Below, piece after piece: positions 1 through 9,000 of a DNA stretch of 24,000 nucleotides. Position numbers and translations under genes: made by a program. Below the pieces are notes generated by a model. The model was given only the letters and a program-made list of their open reading frames with translations. It did no database searches and had not been told where the DNA came from. The stretch lies in contig NZ_JBMDLB010000007.1 in assembly GCF_049310065.1 (NCBI RefSeq), positions 1,549,224 through 1,573,223 of the forward strand. The letters run 5' to 3'. Origin of the DNA: Streptomyces sp. 5.8. GTDB lineage: Bacteria; Actinomycetota; Actinomycetes; Streptomycetales; Streptomycetaceae. Position 1 is the first letter of the stretch, and each line of letters opens with the position of its first letter.

Positions 1-1032
1 GTGCTGGCCGCCGTGTACCTGGCGGGCGTACGGACCCCCGCGGTGCACAGCTCGGCGCGCGCCGGGGCGGTGTGGCTGGCCGCCCTGGGCGCGGCCTGGG
101 CCGCGCTGCTCGTGGTCTCCCCCGAAGGGCTGTGGATCGCCTTCCCGCTGTACTTCCTGGAGCTGCACCTGCTGCGGCTGCGGTGGGGCGTGACCGCCGT
201 CGCGGTGACGGCGGCGGCCGCGATCGGCGGCTTCCTCGCGCACAGCGGCGCGGTGACCCCGGGGGCCTTCCTGGGGCCGCTGCTGGGCGGGGCCGTGGCG
301 GTGGCGACCGTACTGGGCTACCAGGCGCTGTACCGGGAGAGCGAGCGGCGCCGCGAGCTGATCGAGGAGCTCATCACCACCCGGGCCGAGCTGGCCGCGG
401 CCGAGCGGAGCGCCGGGATCCTGGCGGAGCGGGAGCGCCTGGCCAGGGAGATCCACGACACCCTGGCGCAGGGCCTGTCCTCCATCCAGCTCCTCCTGCG
501 GGCCGCCGAGCGCAGCCTGCCCGGGGACTCGGCGGCCCTCCCGCACATCGGCCGGGCCCGGGAAGCCGCCCAGGACAACCTCGCCGAGGCGCGTCGCTTC
601 GTACGGGCCCTCACGCCTCCGGACCTGGAGCACGGGTCGCTGCCGGCCGCGCTGGAACGCTTGTGCTCGGGGGCGCCGGGCCCCCGGGTCCGCTTCTCCC
701 TGAGCGGCACCGCGCGCCCCCTCCCCACGCCCTACGAGGTGGCGCTGCTGCGGATCGCGCAGTCGGCGCTGGCCAATGTGGTGCGGCACGCGGGGGCCGG
801 GCGCGCCGAGATCACCCTGACCTTCATGGACTCCTCGGTGACCCTGGACATCGTCGACGACGGCAAGGGCTTCGACCCCACGTCCGCGCCCTCCGGTGAC
901 GGCGGCTTCGGGCTGCCCGCGATGCGCTCGCGCGCCGAAACCCTCAGCGGCCTGTTCACGGTCGAATCCGCCCCGGGCCAGGGCACCGCCGTGGCCGTCA
1001 CCCTTCCCCTGCCCGCGGAGGCCCTGTCATGA
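1..1032 (+). CDS. Sensor histidine kinase, DesK/NarL-partner type (HisKA_3 + HATPase_c), 5'-partial at window edge
   Basis: The ORF runs off the left edge. It has hydrophobic N-terminal segments, a phosphoacceptor box EIHDTLAQGLSSI, and ATPase boxes DDGKGFD and GGFGLPAMRSR. Its stop overlaps the next start (ATGA at 1029-1032). Confidence 0.9.
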   Translation: MLAAVYLAGVRTPAVHSSARAGAVWLAALGAAWAALLVVSPEGLWIAFPLYFLELHLLRLRWGVTAVAVTAAAAIGGFLAHSGAVTPGAFLGPLLGGAVAVATVLGYQALYRESERRRELIEELITTRAELAAAERSAGILAERERLAREIHDTLAQGLSSIQLLLRAAERSLPGDSAALPHIGRAREAAQDNLAEARRFVRALTPPDLEHGSLPAALERLCSGAPGPRVRFSLSGTARPLPTPYEVALLRIAQSALANVVRHAGAGRAEITLTFMDSSVTLDIVDDGKGFDPTSAPSGDGGFGLPAMRSRAETLSGLFTVESAPGQGTAVAVTLPLPAEALS

Positions 1033-1664
1033 CGATCCGGCTGCTCCTCGCCGACGACCACCCGGTGGTCCGGGCCGGGCTGCGCGCGGTGCTGGACACC
1101 GAGCCGGACTTCGAGGTGGTGGCGGAGGCGGCGACGGCGGAACGCGCGGTGGAGCTGGCCGGCTCCGCCGGGGTCGACGTGGTCCTGATGGACCTCCAGT
1201 TCGGACCCGGCGGAGGCATGCACGGCTCGGCGGCCACGGCCCTGATCACGGCCGGGTCCCCGTCCCCCCGGGTGCTGGTCCTGACCACGTACGACACGGA
1301 CGCGGACATCCTGGCGGCGGTGGAGGCGGGCGCCTCGGGCTACCTCCTCAAGGACGCCCCGCCGGAGGAACTGGCGGCGGCGGTCCGCACCGCCGCGGCC
1401 GGCCAGTCCGCGCTGGCCCCGGCGGTGGCGCTGCGCCTGATGGACCGCATGCGGACCCCTGCGGAGGCCCTGACCAAGCGCGAGCTGGAGGTCCTCCAAC
1501 TGGTCGCGGACGGCCTGTCGAACCAGCAGATCTCCAAACAGCTCTTCCTCAGCCAGGCCACCGTCAAATCCCACCTGGTCCACATCTACGCAAAACTGGG
1601 CGTCGACTCCCGCACCTCGGCCGTAGCCGCGGCAGCAACCCGCCGCCTGATCCGCACGCCGTAA
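1029..1664 (+). CDS. Response regulator, NarL/LuxR family
   Basis: It has an N-terminal receiver domain (LLADDHPVVR, VVLMDLQF) and a C-terminal LuxR-type HTH (LTKRELEVLQLVADGLSNQQISKQLFLSQATVKSHL). It is translationally coupled to the kinase. Confidence 0.92.
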   Translation: MTIRLLLADDHPVVRAGLRAVLDTEPDFEVVAEAATAERAVELAGSAGVDVVLMDLQFGPGGGMHGSAATALITAGSPSPRVLVLTTYDTDADILAAVEAGASGYLLKDAPPEELAAAVRTAAAGQSALAPAVALRLMDRMRTPAEALTKRELEVLQLVADGLSNQQISKQLFLSQATVKSHLVHIYAKLGVDSRTSAVAAAATRRLIRTP

Positions 1665-1668
1665 ATCC

Positions 1669-1880
1669 AGCCGTCCGGCGGGTGAGGCTTTTCAAGCCGT
1701 CCGGCAGGTGAGGCTTTTCAGCCGTCCGGCGTTTGAGGACCGGGGTCCGGGGCGGAGCCCCAGGGGGTCCGGGCGCAGCCCGGTACCCCTCCAGCCCGTC
1801 CGGCGCTTGAGGACCGGGTCAGGGCAGAGCCCTGGGAACGGAGGAAGGGCGGGTAGGGGACTCCGCCCCGCAGGGCCGAC
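1669..1880. repeat. GC-rich intergenic repeat cluster (locus A)
   Basis: There are four copies of AGCC(C)GTCCGGCGnnTGAGG. Two are exact-period 26-nt tandem units at 1669-1694 and 1695-1720; the other two start at about 1720 and 1793. The last two are followed by GGGGC-GGA-GCCCC-type hairpins. The third copy is about 85 percent identical to the unit at 14845-14897. Confidence 0.7.
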
Positions 1881-2021
1881 CACCCGCACCCACCCACTGG
1901 CCCCCGCCCACCCGGGGGGATACCCCCAGCCCGCCCCCACCGGCCCCCCGGCGCGTGCCCACGCCCAGAAATCGCCAGCATTCGAGGTGTCGCAGCAACC
2001 GACCCCCGAAGGCGAGCCACC

Positions 2022-2498
2022 ATGACCACCACCACGGCCCCAGCCGCCACCGCGCCGCGGGCGACCCGTACCGCCCACGCCCTCTGGCTCACCGCCATCG
2101 CCGCCGGAGCGTTCGAGACCGTCCTGGCGATCGGCAGGACGACCGCCGACGGCACCGGCTCCCCCGGGGAGATCGCCACCGGCCTCGCCGTCCGCCTCAC
2201 CGTCTTCACGGCCGCCGTCCTCGTCGCCCGCCGCATGCGCGGCGGCGCCCGATGGGCCCGCCTCGCCCTCGCGCTCGGCCTCGGTGTCCTCGGCACGGCC
2301 TCGATGGTGCTCCAGCCGCTCGGGTACCTACTCGACGGCGGCTCCCTCTCGGCCGCGGCCGCCCGGGCCGGCGCCCTGGACTGGGTCTTCGGCGCGAGCC
2401 GGGCCGTCCATGTGGCCGCCGTCCTCACGGCCGTGTTCCTGATGTTCCGACCGGCGTCGAACGCCTACTTCCGCCGGAGGACACAGGCCACGGCCTAG
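2022..2498 (+). CDS. Hypothetical integral membrane protein (about 4 predicted TM helices)
   Basis: The ORF has strong G/C at third codon positions and four hydrophobic stretches (e.g. ALWLTAIAAGAFETVLAI and HVAAVLTAVFLMF). A GAAGG lies upstream of the ATG. I recognise no family. Confidence 0.6.
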   Translation: MTTTTAPAATAPRATRTAHALWLTAIAAGAFETVLAIGRTTADGTGSPGEIATGLAVRLTVFTAAVLVARRMRGGARWARLALALGLGVLGTASMVLQPLGYLLDGGSLSAAAARAGALDWVFGASRAVHVAAVLTAVFLMFRPASNAYFRRRTQATA

Positions 2499-3985
2499 GC
2501 GACCCAGTACGGCCGCTCCACCGCCGAAGGCAGCGGCACGCCCCCGTGGAAGGCCTCCGCCAGCCTCCGTACGCCCTCGTCCAGCCGGTCCGCCGTCAGG
2601 GTGTACGGGATCCTCAGCCGGTGCTCGAAGGTCCCGGGGTCCACTCCGAACCGCGCGCCCCGACCGATGTTGACCCCGGCCGCCGCCGCCCGGTCCGCGA
2701 GCGCGGAGCTGACCGGTTCGCCCAGGTCCACCCAGAGCGAGAGGCCGCCCGGCGCCACCTGCCAGGTCCACTCCGGCGTGTGCCGCTCCAGCGAGGCGAT
2801 CAGCGCGGCCCGCTGCTCGCGCAGCCGCTCCAGGCGGCCGGGCAGCGTCCGTTCCAGCCCCTCCAGCAGCGGCAGCGCCACCAGCTGGTCCAGGACCGAG
2901 CCGGTCATGTCGGCCGCGACCCGTACCGCCGTGAGCTCCGTGATCATCTTGGCGGTGGCCCGGATCCAGCCGACCCGCAGCCCGCCCCAGTGCGTCTTGC
3001 TCAGCGAGCCGATGGTCATCACGTGATCGGCTCCGCCGGCCCCGCCCGGCGCCAGCGAGGCCAGCGGGGCGGGCGCCGGCACGTCGAGCGCGATGTCGGC
3101 GATGGTCTCGTCGACCACCAGCCAGGTACCGGTCCGCCGGGTCGCCGCCAGCAGCCGCAGCCGCTGCTCCTCCGGCATCAGCGCGCCCGTCGGGTTGTGG
3201 AAGTCGGGGATCACGTACGCGAGCCTCGGCACGGTCTGGCGCAGCGCGGACTCGGCGATCTCCAGGTCCCAGCCCGCGTCGGAGACGGCGATCGACCCGG
3301 TGCGAAGCCGCGCGTGGCGCAGGGCGTCCAGGGCGTTGGCGTAGGTCGGGTTCTCGGTCATCACCCGATCCCCGGGCCGGCACAGCAGGCTCACCACCAG
3401 AGCGAACGCCTGCTGCGCGCCCGCCGTGACGAGGATCTGCTCCGGGCGGGTCGCCAGTCCGCGCCGGGTGAACCGCTCGGCGATGGCGGTCCGCAGGTCG
3501 GGCAGTCCGAAGGGGTGGTAGCCGGGGCTGCGGGCGAAGGCCGGGAGTCTGGGCGCGGCCCAGGCCACCGCGTCGGTGAGGCTGTCCTCGGGGGCGCCCA
3601 TGGCGGCGATGGCGAGGTCGATGCCGGGGTCGCCGTCGGCGCTGTAGCCGCCGCCGACGATGGCGTGCGCGCCGACCGGGCGGTGGCCTTCGGGGAGCTC
3701 GGTCCAGGTCCCGGAACCGCGGCGGCTGCGGACGTAGCCGCTCTCGCGCAGGAGGTCGTAGGCGCCGGTGACGGTGGCCCGGCTGGCGCCGACCGCCTCG
3801 GCGAGCTCGCGTTCGGCGGGCAGGCGCACGTGCAGGGCGATCCGGCCGTCGAGGATCAGGGTGCGGACGGCGTCGGCCAGGGCCCGGTAGCCGGGGCGGG
3901 CCAGTACCTCCGCCGGGAGCAGGGCCGCGAGCTGGCGGCTGCCGATCATCCTGTCCGCCGTGTGGACCACTCGCCCGTTTGCCAT
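2495..3985 (-). CDS. MocR/PdxR-like transcriptional regulator (GntR winged-helix fused to a class I aminotransferase-like PLP domain)
   Basis: The N-terminus has a GntR HTH (LPAERELAEAVGASRATVTGAYDLLRESGYVRSRRGSGTWT), followed by a long aminotransferase-fold domain (IPDFHNPTG, SLSKTHWGGLRVGW with a putative PLP lysine). A GGGGAGG RBS precedes the ATG at 3985. Confidence 0.9.
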   Translation of the reverse strand: MANGRVVHTADRMIGSRQLAALLPAEVLARPGYRALADAVRTLILDGRIALHVRLPAERELAEAVGASRATVTGAYDLLRESGYVRSRRGSGTWTELPEGHRPVGAHAIVGGGYSADGDPGIDLAIAAMGAPEDSLTDAVAWAAPRLPAFARSPGYHPFGLPDLRTAIAERFTRRGLATRPEQILVTAGAQQAFALVVSLLCRPGDRVMTENPTYANALDALRHARLRTGSIAVSDAGWDLEIAESALRQTVPRLAYVIPDFHNPTGALMPEEQRLRLLAATRRTGTWLVVDETIADIALDVPAPAPLASLAPGGAGGADHVMTIGSLSKTHWGGLRVGWIRATAKMITELTAVRVAADMTGSVLDQLVALPLLEGLERTLPGRLERLREQRAALIASLERHTPEWTWQVAPGGLSLWVDLGEPVSSALADRAAAAGVNIGRGARFGVDPGTFEHRLRIPYTLTADRLDEGVRRLAEAFHGGVPLPSAVERPYWVA

Positions 3986-3997
3986 GCCAACCTCCCC

Positions 3998-4059
3998 TGA
4001 TTGGCTCTGCCTGCCAGGCCAATCAAGGTCCAGACTCGCTGCATTGGCCGCCGATTGGC
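3998..4059. promoter_or_regulatory. ATTGGC repeat array in the MocR divergent intergenic region (candidate MocR operator)
   Basis: A perfect 8-bp inverted repeat TGATTGGC (3998-4005) / GCCAATCA (4018-4025) has a 12-nt spacer. Two further direct copies lie at ATTGGC 4043-4048 and GATTGGC 4053-4059, 10-11 bp apart. Confidence 0.45.
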
Positions 4060-4073
4060 AAGGAGATGCCGCA

Positions 4074-4199
4074 ATGTTGACGAGGCTGACCGACCGTGAC
4101 GAACGGGCCCTGCTCGCCGCCGCCGAGAACCGGATCGCCCGGCCCCTGCGCGTGGGGGCGGCGCTGGCCGCCGTACGACGCCTCCTGCGGCGCGAGTGA
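4074..4199 (+). CDS. Small ORF (41 aa), unknown function, possibly coupled to the downstream nucleotidyltransferase
   Basis: AAGGAG at 4060-4065 lies 8 nt before the ATG at 4074. Third codon positions are G/C-rich. The stop TGA (4197-4199) overlaps the GTG at 4196 (GTGA). I recognise no family. Confidence 0.35.
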   Translation: MLTRLTDRDERALLAAAENRIARPLRVGAALAAVRRLLRRE

Positions 4200-4852
4200 G
4201 AATCGGTGACATGTCACGCCACACAAGCCACCACAGCACACCAGCGGCAGCCGACCGCTCCGCTCCCCCGGTGATCGCGGGCCTGCTCCTCGCGGCCGGC
4301 GGCGGCCGTCGCCTGGGCGGCCGCCCGAAGGCCCTGCTGACCTACCGGGGCCGCCCGCTGGTGGAGAACGCCGTACGGGTCCTGCGCGAGGCGGGCTGCG
4401 GCCCGCTGCACGTGGTGCTCGGCGCCTCCGCGGCCGAGGTGCGCGAGCGCGCCGACCTGAGCGGCTGCGTGGTGACCGACAACCCGGACTGGGCCGAGGG
4501 CATGGGCTCCTCCCTGCGGGTCGGCCTCGCCTCGCTGGCCGGTACGGGCGCGGGCGCGGCCCTGGTCTCCCTGGTGGACCAGCCGGGCATCGGCCCGGAG
4601 GCGGTGGCCCGGGTCCGGGCCGCCTACCGTTCCCCGGCGAGCCTGGTGGCGGCGGCCTACGACGGCGAGCGCGGGCACCCGGTGCTCTTCGGGGCGGACC
4701 GCTGGCCGGACATCGTGGCGACGGCCACGGGCGACAAGGGCGCGCGGGTGCACCTCGCGGCGCACGCGGCGGAGCTCACGCTGGTCGAGTGCGGCGACAT
4801 CGCCGAGGCCTTCGACATCGACACCCCTCCCGACCTGGCACGACTCGCCTGA
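4196..4852 (+). CDS. MobA/MocA-like nucleotidyltransferase (NTP_transf_3; molybdenum-cofactor cytidylyl/guanylyltransferase-like)
   Basis: Signature LLLAAGGGRRLGGRPKALL at the N-terminus, plus DNPDWAEGMGSSLRVGL and VSLVDQPGI. The start is ambiguous between GTG 4196 (coupled to the small ORF) and ATG 4211. Confidence 0.8.
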   Translation: MRIGDMSRHTSHHSTPAAADRSAPPVIAGLLLAAGGGRRLGGRPKALLTYRGRPLVENAVRVLREAGCGPLHVVLGASAAEVRERADLSGCVVTDNPDWAEGMGSSLRVGLASLAGTGAGAALVSLVDQPGIGPEAVARVRAAYRSPASLVAAAYDGERGHPVLFGADRWPDIVATATGDKGARVHLAAHAAELTLVECGDIAEAFDIDTPPDLARLA

Positions 4853-4933
4853 GCGGGCAGTGACCACGATGGCACTGAGGGCCACGAGGAAGCGCCTGGG
4901 AAGCGGAATCTGTCGACTCAGAGAATCTCGACA

Positions 4934-4973
4934 TCAACAAACCATTGAACTTCCACCATGAGGAAATTACTAT
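4934..4973 (+). promoter_or_regulatory. Putative aceB promoter with overlapping TCAAC-N5-ATTGA dyad
   Basis: The dyad TCAACAAACCATTGA lies at 4934-4948. A -35-like TTGAAC sits at 4945-4950, a 17-nt spacer follows, and a -10-like TACTAT sits at 4968-4973. The same dyad occurs at 20386-20400 and 23274-23288. Confidence 0.45.
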
Positions 4974-5114
4974 CCACTGGTCAGAAGCGCCCTGAACCCC
5001 CAGACGGCGCCCGCGACCGTATCCCGGAACTCTCCACACCCGACGGCACTGCGTGCCGTCCAGCGCGAGCATTCCCCGCGGCCGCCAGGCACCGCCGCTG
5101 AAGGAGTGACAGAT

Positions 5115-6734
<1,620 letters not shown>

Positions 6735-6743
6735 CACCCCGTC

Positions 6744-6819
6744 TTCGGCTGAAACGCACAGCAGCCGAAACATCCACGACAGCGCCCCCGAAGCCTTCCG
6801 GCTCCGGGGGCGCTGTCGT
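6744..6819 (+). terminator. Two tandem hairpins downstream of aceB
   Basis: TTCGGCTG (6744-6751) pairs with CAGCCGAA (6762-6769). ACGACAGCGCCCCCG (6776-6790) pairs with CGGGGGCGCTGTCGT (6805-6819). There is no U-tract, as is common in high-GC actinomycetes. Confidence 0.55.
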
Positions 6820-7050
6820 GCGCCGGGCCGGCCCCGGCCTGCTCCGGCAGCTTCCAGCCGAACGACCGATCGGTTGTTACTTGTTCGTAACTTCCCTGTA
6901 CCTAGCGGTAACAACGCGCGGGATGGCACCTTTCCGATTGCCACCGGCCGGAGGTAACCCCCACTTACCCAGCCATGCGACGGAGTTGTTCCTGGCTCCC
7001 GCATGGCCGACCGCAGGAGTTCCGCAGTGATCGGATTCCGCAACGACAGC

Positions 7051-8214
7051 ATGGACCGGGCCCGTCGGGTGCGACGACTGGCCGGGATCGGGACGGCGGC
7101 GGCGCTCGGCGCCGGGGCCCTGGTCACCGGAGGGGCCGGGACGGCCGTGGCCGGGCCGGGGAACGGGCCCACCGCCGTGGTGTCGCTCGGCGACAGCTAC
7201 ATCTCCGGCGAGGCCGGACGCTGGAAGGGCAACAGCCTGACCAACAGCGGGAACCGGACCGGGACCGACCGGGCCTGGGTGAGCGGCAGCAGCTACGACC
7301 CCGGCAAGGTCTACGGGGCCACCGCCGGCGGCTGCCACCGCTCGGACTCCGCCGAGGTGAAGAGCGCCGGGCCCATCGCCGACGTCGCGATCAACCTGGC
7401 CTGCTCCGGGGCGGTCTCGCAGAACGTGTTCCGCGCCTCCAACGGAGGCGTCGCCTTCAAGGGCGAGGCCCCGCAGGCCGATCAGCTCGCCGCCGTGGCC
7501 GCGAGCCACGACGTCAAGGTCATCGCGCTGTCCATCGGCGGCAACGACCTCGGCTTCGCCGACATCATCAAGGAGTGCGCGTACGACTTCGTGCTCTGGA
7601 ACTCCTACTGCTACGACGATCAGCAGTGGGACGTGGACCAGAAGATCGACGGGGTCATGGCCAACGTCGGCAAGTCCGTCGACGAGGTACGGGCCGTCAT
7701 GCGCGGCGCCGGGTACGCGGACTCCTCGTACCGGATCGTGCTGCAGTCCTACCCGTCGCCGATCCCGCGCGGCGCGGAGAACCGGTACACCCAGAGCGAC
7801 TGGAGCCGACTCAACACCGGCGGGTGCCCCTTCTGGAACAGGGACTCCGACTGGGCGCGCGACTCCCTCGTGCCGCAGATCGCCGGGCGGCTCAAGGCGG
7901 TCGCCGCGGCCAAGGGCGCGCAGTTCCTGGACCTGAAGGACATGATGCAGGGGCGCGAGGTGTGCGCGAAGGCGAGCAAGCAGGTGACCACCACGGTGCC
8001 GGCCTCGGCGAAGACCAGCGAGTGGGCGCGCTGGATCGACAGCAGCGAGACGCAGGGGCTGGTGCAGGAGTCCATGCACCCGAACTACTTCGGGCAGCTC
8101 GCGGCCGGGCGCTGCCTGGCCCTGGCCGTGGCCCAGCCGGCGAGCAGCGGCTTCGGCTGCAAGAACACCGCCGGGTCCGACCAGAGCGGGATGTACCTGA
8201 CCCCGGCTCCCTAG
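7051..8214 (+). CDS. Secreted SGNH/GDSL-family hydrolase (lipase/esterase)
   Basis: Block I is VVSLGDSYISGEAG, with a later IGGNDLGF block. An Arg-rich signal-like N-terminus (MDRARRVRRLAGIGTAAALGAGAL) follows ATG 7051. The track ORF starts at 7003, an alternative start. Confidence 0.85.
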   Translation: MDRARRVRRLAGIGTAAALGAGALVTGGAGTAVAGPGNGPTAVVSLGDSYISGEAGRWKGNSLTNSGNRTGTDRAWVSGSSYDPGKVYGATAGGCHRSDSAEVKSAGPIADVAINLACSGAVSQNVFRASNGGVAFKGEAPQADQLAAVAASHDVKVIALSIGGNDLGFADIIKECAYDFVLWNSYCYDDQQWDVDQKIDGVMANVGKSVDEVRAVMRGAGYADSSYRIVLQSYPSPIPRGAENRYTQSDWSRLNTGGCPFWNRDSDWARDSLVPQIAGRLKAVAAAKGAQFLDLKDMMQGREVCAKASKQVTTTVPASAKTSEWARWIDSSETQGLVQESMHPNYFGQLAAGRCLALAVAQPASSGFGCKNTAGSDQSGMYLTPAP

Positions 8215-8261
8215 TTCCGAATCTCCCTAGTTCTGTAGCTCCGTAGCTCCGTCGTGGTGAT

Positions 8262-8298
8262 CCGCCGCGGCCTGGCCCCTCCGGCCTCGCCGCGGCGG
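8262..8298 (+). terminator. GC hairpin downstream of the hydrolase gene
   Basis: CCGCCGCGG (8262-8270) pairs with CCGCGGCGG (8290-8298). Confidence 0.4.
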
Positions 8299-8364
8299 GG
8301 TGCCGTACTGCGCGGACTCGTCGAGGGCCGGGAAATCGGGTGATCGTCCCGGCCGCGGGCTGGC

Positions 8365-8825
8365 ATGCTCTCGCGCATGACAGTCCGCAGTGCGCGTCCC
8401 AGTCTCTACATCTCCGTCGACGTCGAGGCCGACGGGCCCATCCCCGGGCCGTATTCGATGATCAGCTTCGGGGCCGCCGTGGCGGGGCGGCAGGACGGGG
8501 CTTCGTATACGGCCGCCGATCCGGAACAGGACACCTTCTACCGGGAGTTGCGCCCGATCAGCGAGGCGTACGTACCGGAGGCGCTCGCCGTCAGCGGGCT
8601 GGACCGGGACCGGCTGCTCCGCGAGGGGGCCGAACCGGCCGTCGCCATGGCGGAGTTCCGCGCGTGGGTGCGGGAGGTCTCGGCGGGGGCACAGCCGGTG
8701 ATGTGCGCCTATCCGGCCTCCTTCGACTGGACCTTCCTGTACTGGTACTTGATGAGCTTCGGCGGCGACAGCCCCTTCGGGCACTCGGGCCGGGCTGCCT
8801 GGACATGAAGACCGTTGCTTTGATC
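8365..8825 (+). pseudogene. DEDDh 3'-5' exonuclease (DnaQ/RNase T superfamily), 5' fragment interrupted by IS607-family element
   Basis: An Exo I-like motif (YISVDVEADGPIPG) and an Exo II-like motif (YPASFDWTF) are present, but the Exo III motif is missing here. The frame stops at 8806-8808. A plausible continuation (CLDMKTVALI) lies in the -1 frame up to about 8825, which implies an additional frameshift near 8788-8796. Confidence 0.7.
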
Positions 8826-9000
8826 ATCAAGTGATCTCGGCAATCCCGGCGTTTCGGCCAGGATGGTCCGTATCAGTGTCACCAGAGCGTGAGTTGCATC
8901 CTGGTGGCCTGTTGACGGTCTCCCGTTTCCTTCCCAGCCCGGGGGTTGGGAATTGTGCCACCTGCCCGCCCCGGCCCGGCCTTGCGGCGCGGGCGGGTCG
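8826..9000 (-). ncRNA. Candidate TnpB omega RNA (reRNA) region overlapping the tnpB 3' end and right end of the IS
   Basis: This call rests on position only. In characterised TnpB systems the guide RNA scaffold spans the 3' end of tnpB and the transposon right end. I have not folded the structure or compared it with any model. Confidence 0.35.

Noticed and set aside
2495-2498. A CTAG overlap of the convergent stop codons of the membrane protein and the MocR gene.
   Set aside because: The overlap is real in the sequence, but convergent 4-nt stop overlaps are common in compact high-GC genomes and no functional implication can be supported.
7020-7042. Two copies of TTCCGCA (7020-7026 and 7036-7042) just upstream of the hydrolase ATG, as further sites of the TTCCGCA-NN-ACGGAAG element.
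   Set aside because: Only the 7-mer half is present, without the ACGGAAG partner at the right spacing. A 7-mer is expected by chance a few times in 24 kb, and the region may even be coding if the start is 7003.
8860-8878. A subterminal motif AGGATnnTnnnTATC shared by the two IS ends (8860-8878 and 10931-10950; the latter includes GGATATTGGATATCC), as TnpA binding sites that would define the ends.
   Set aside because: Only about 10 of 15 positions match, and the offsets to the inferred junctions differ (34 versus 46 nt). This is too weak to fix the ends, so I treat it as a hint at most.
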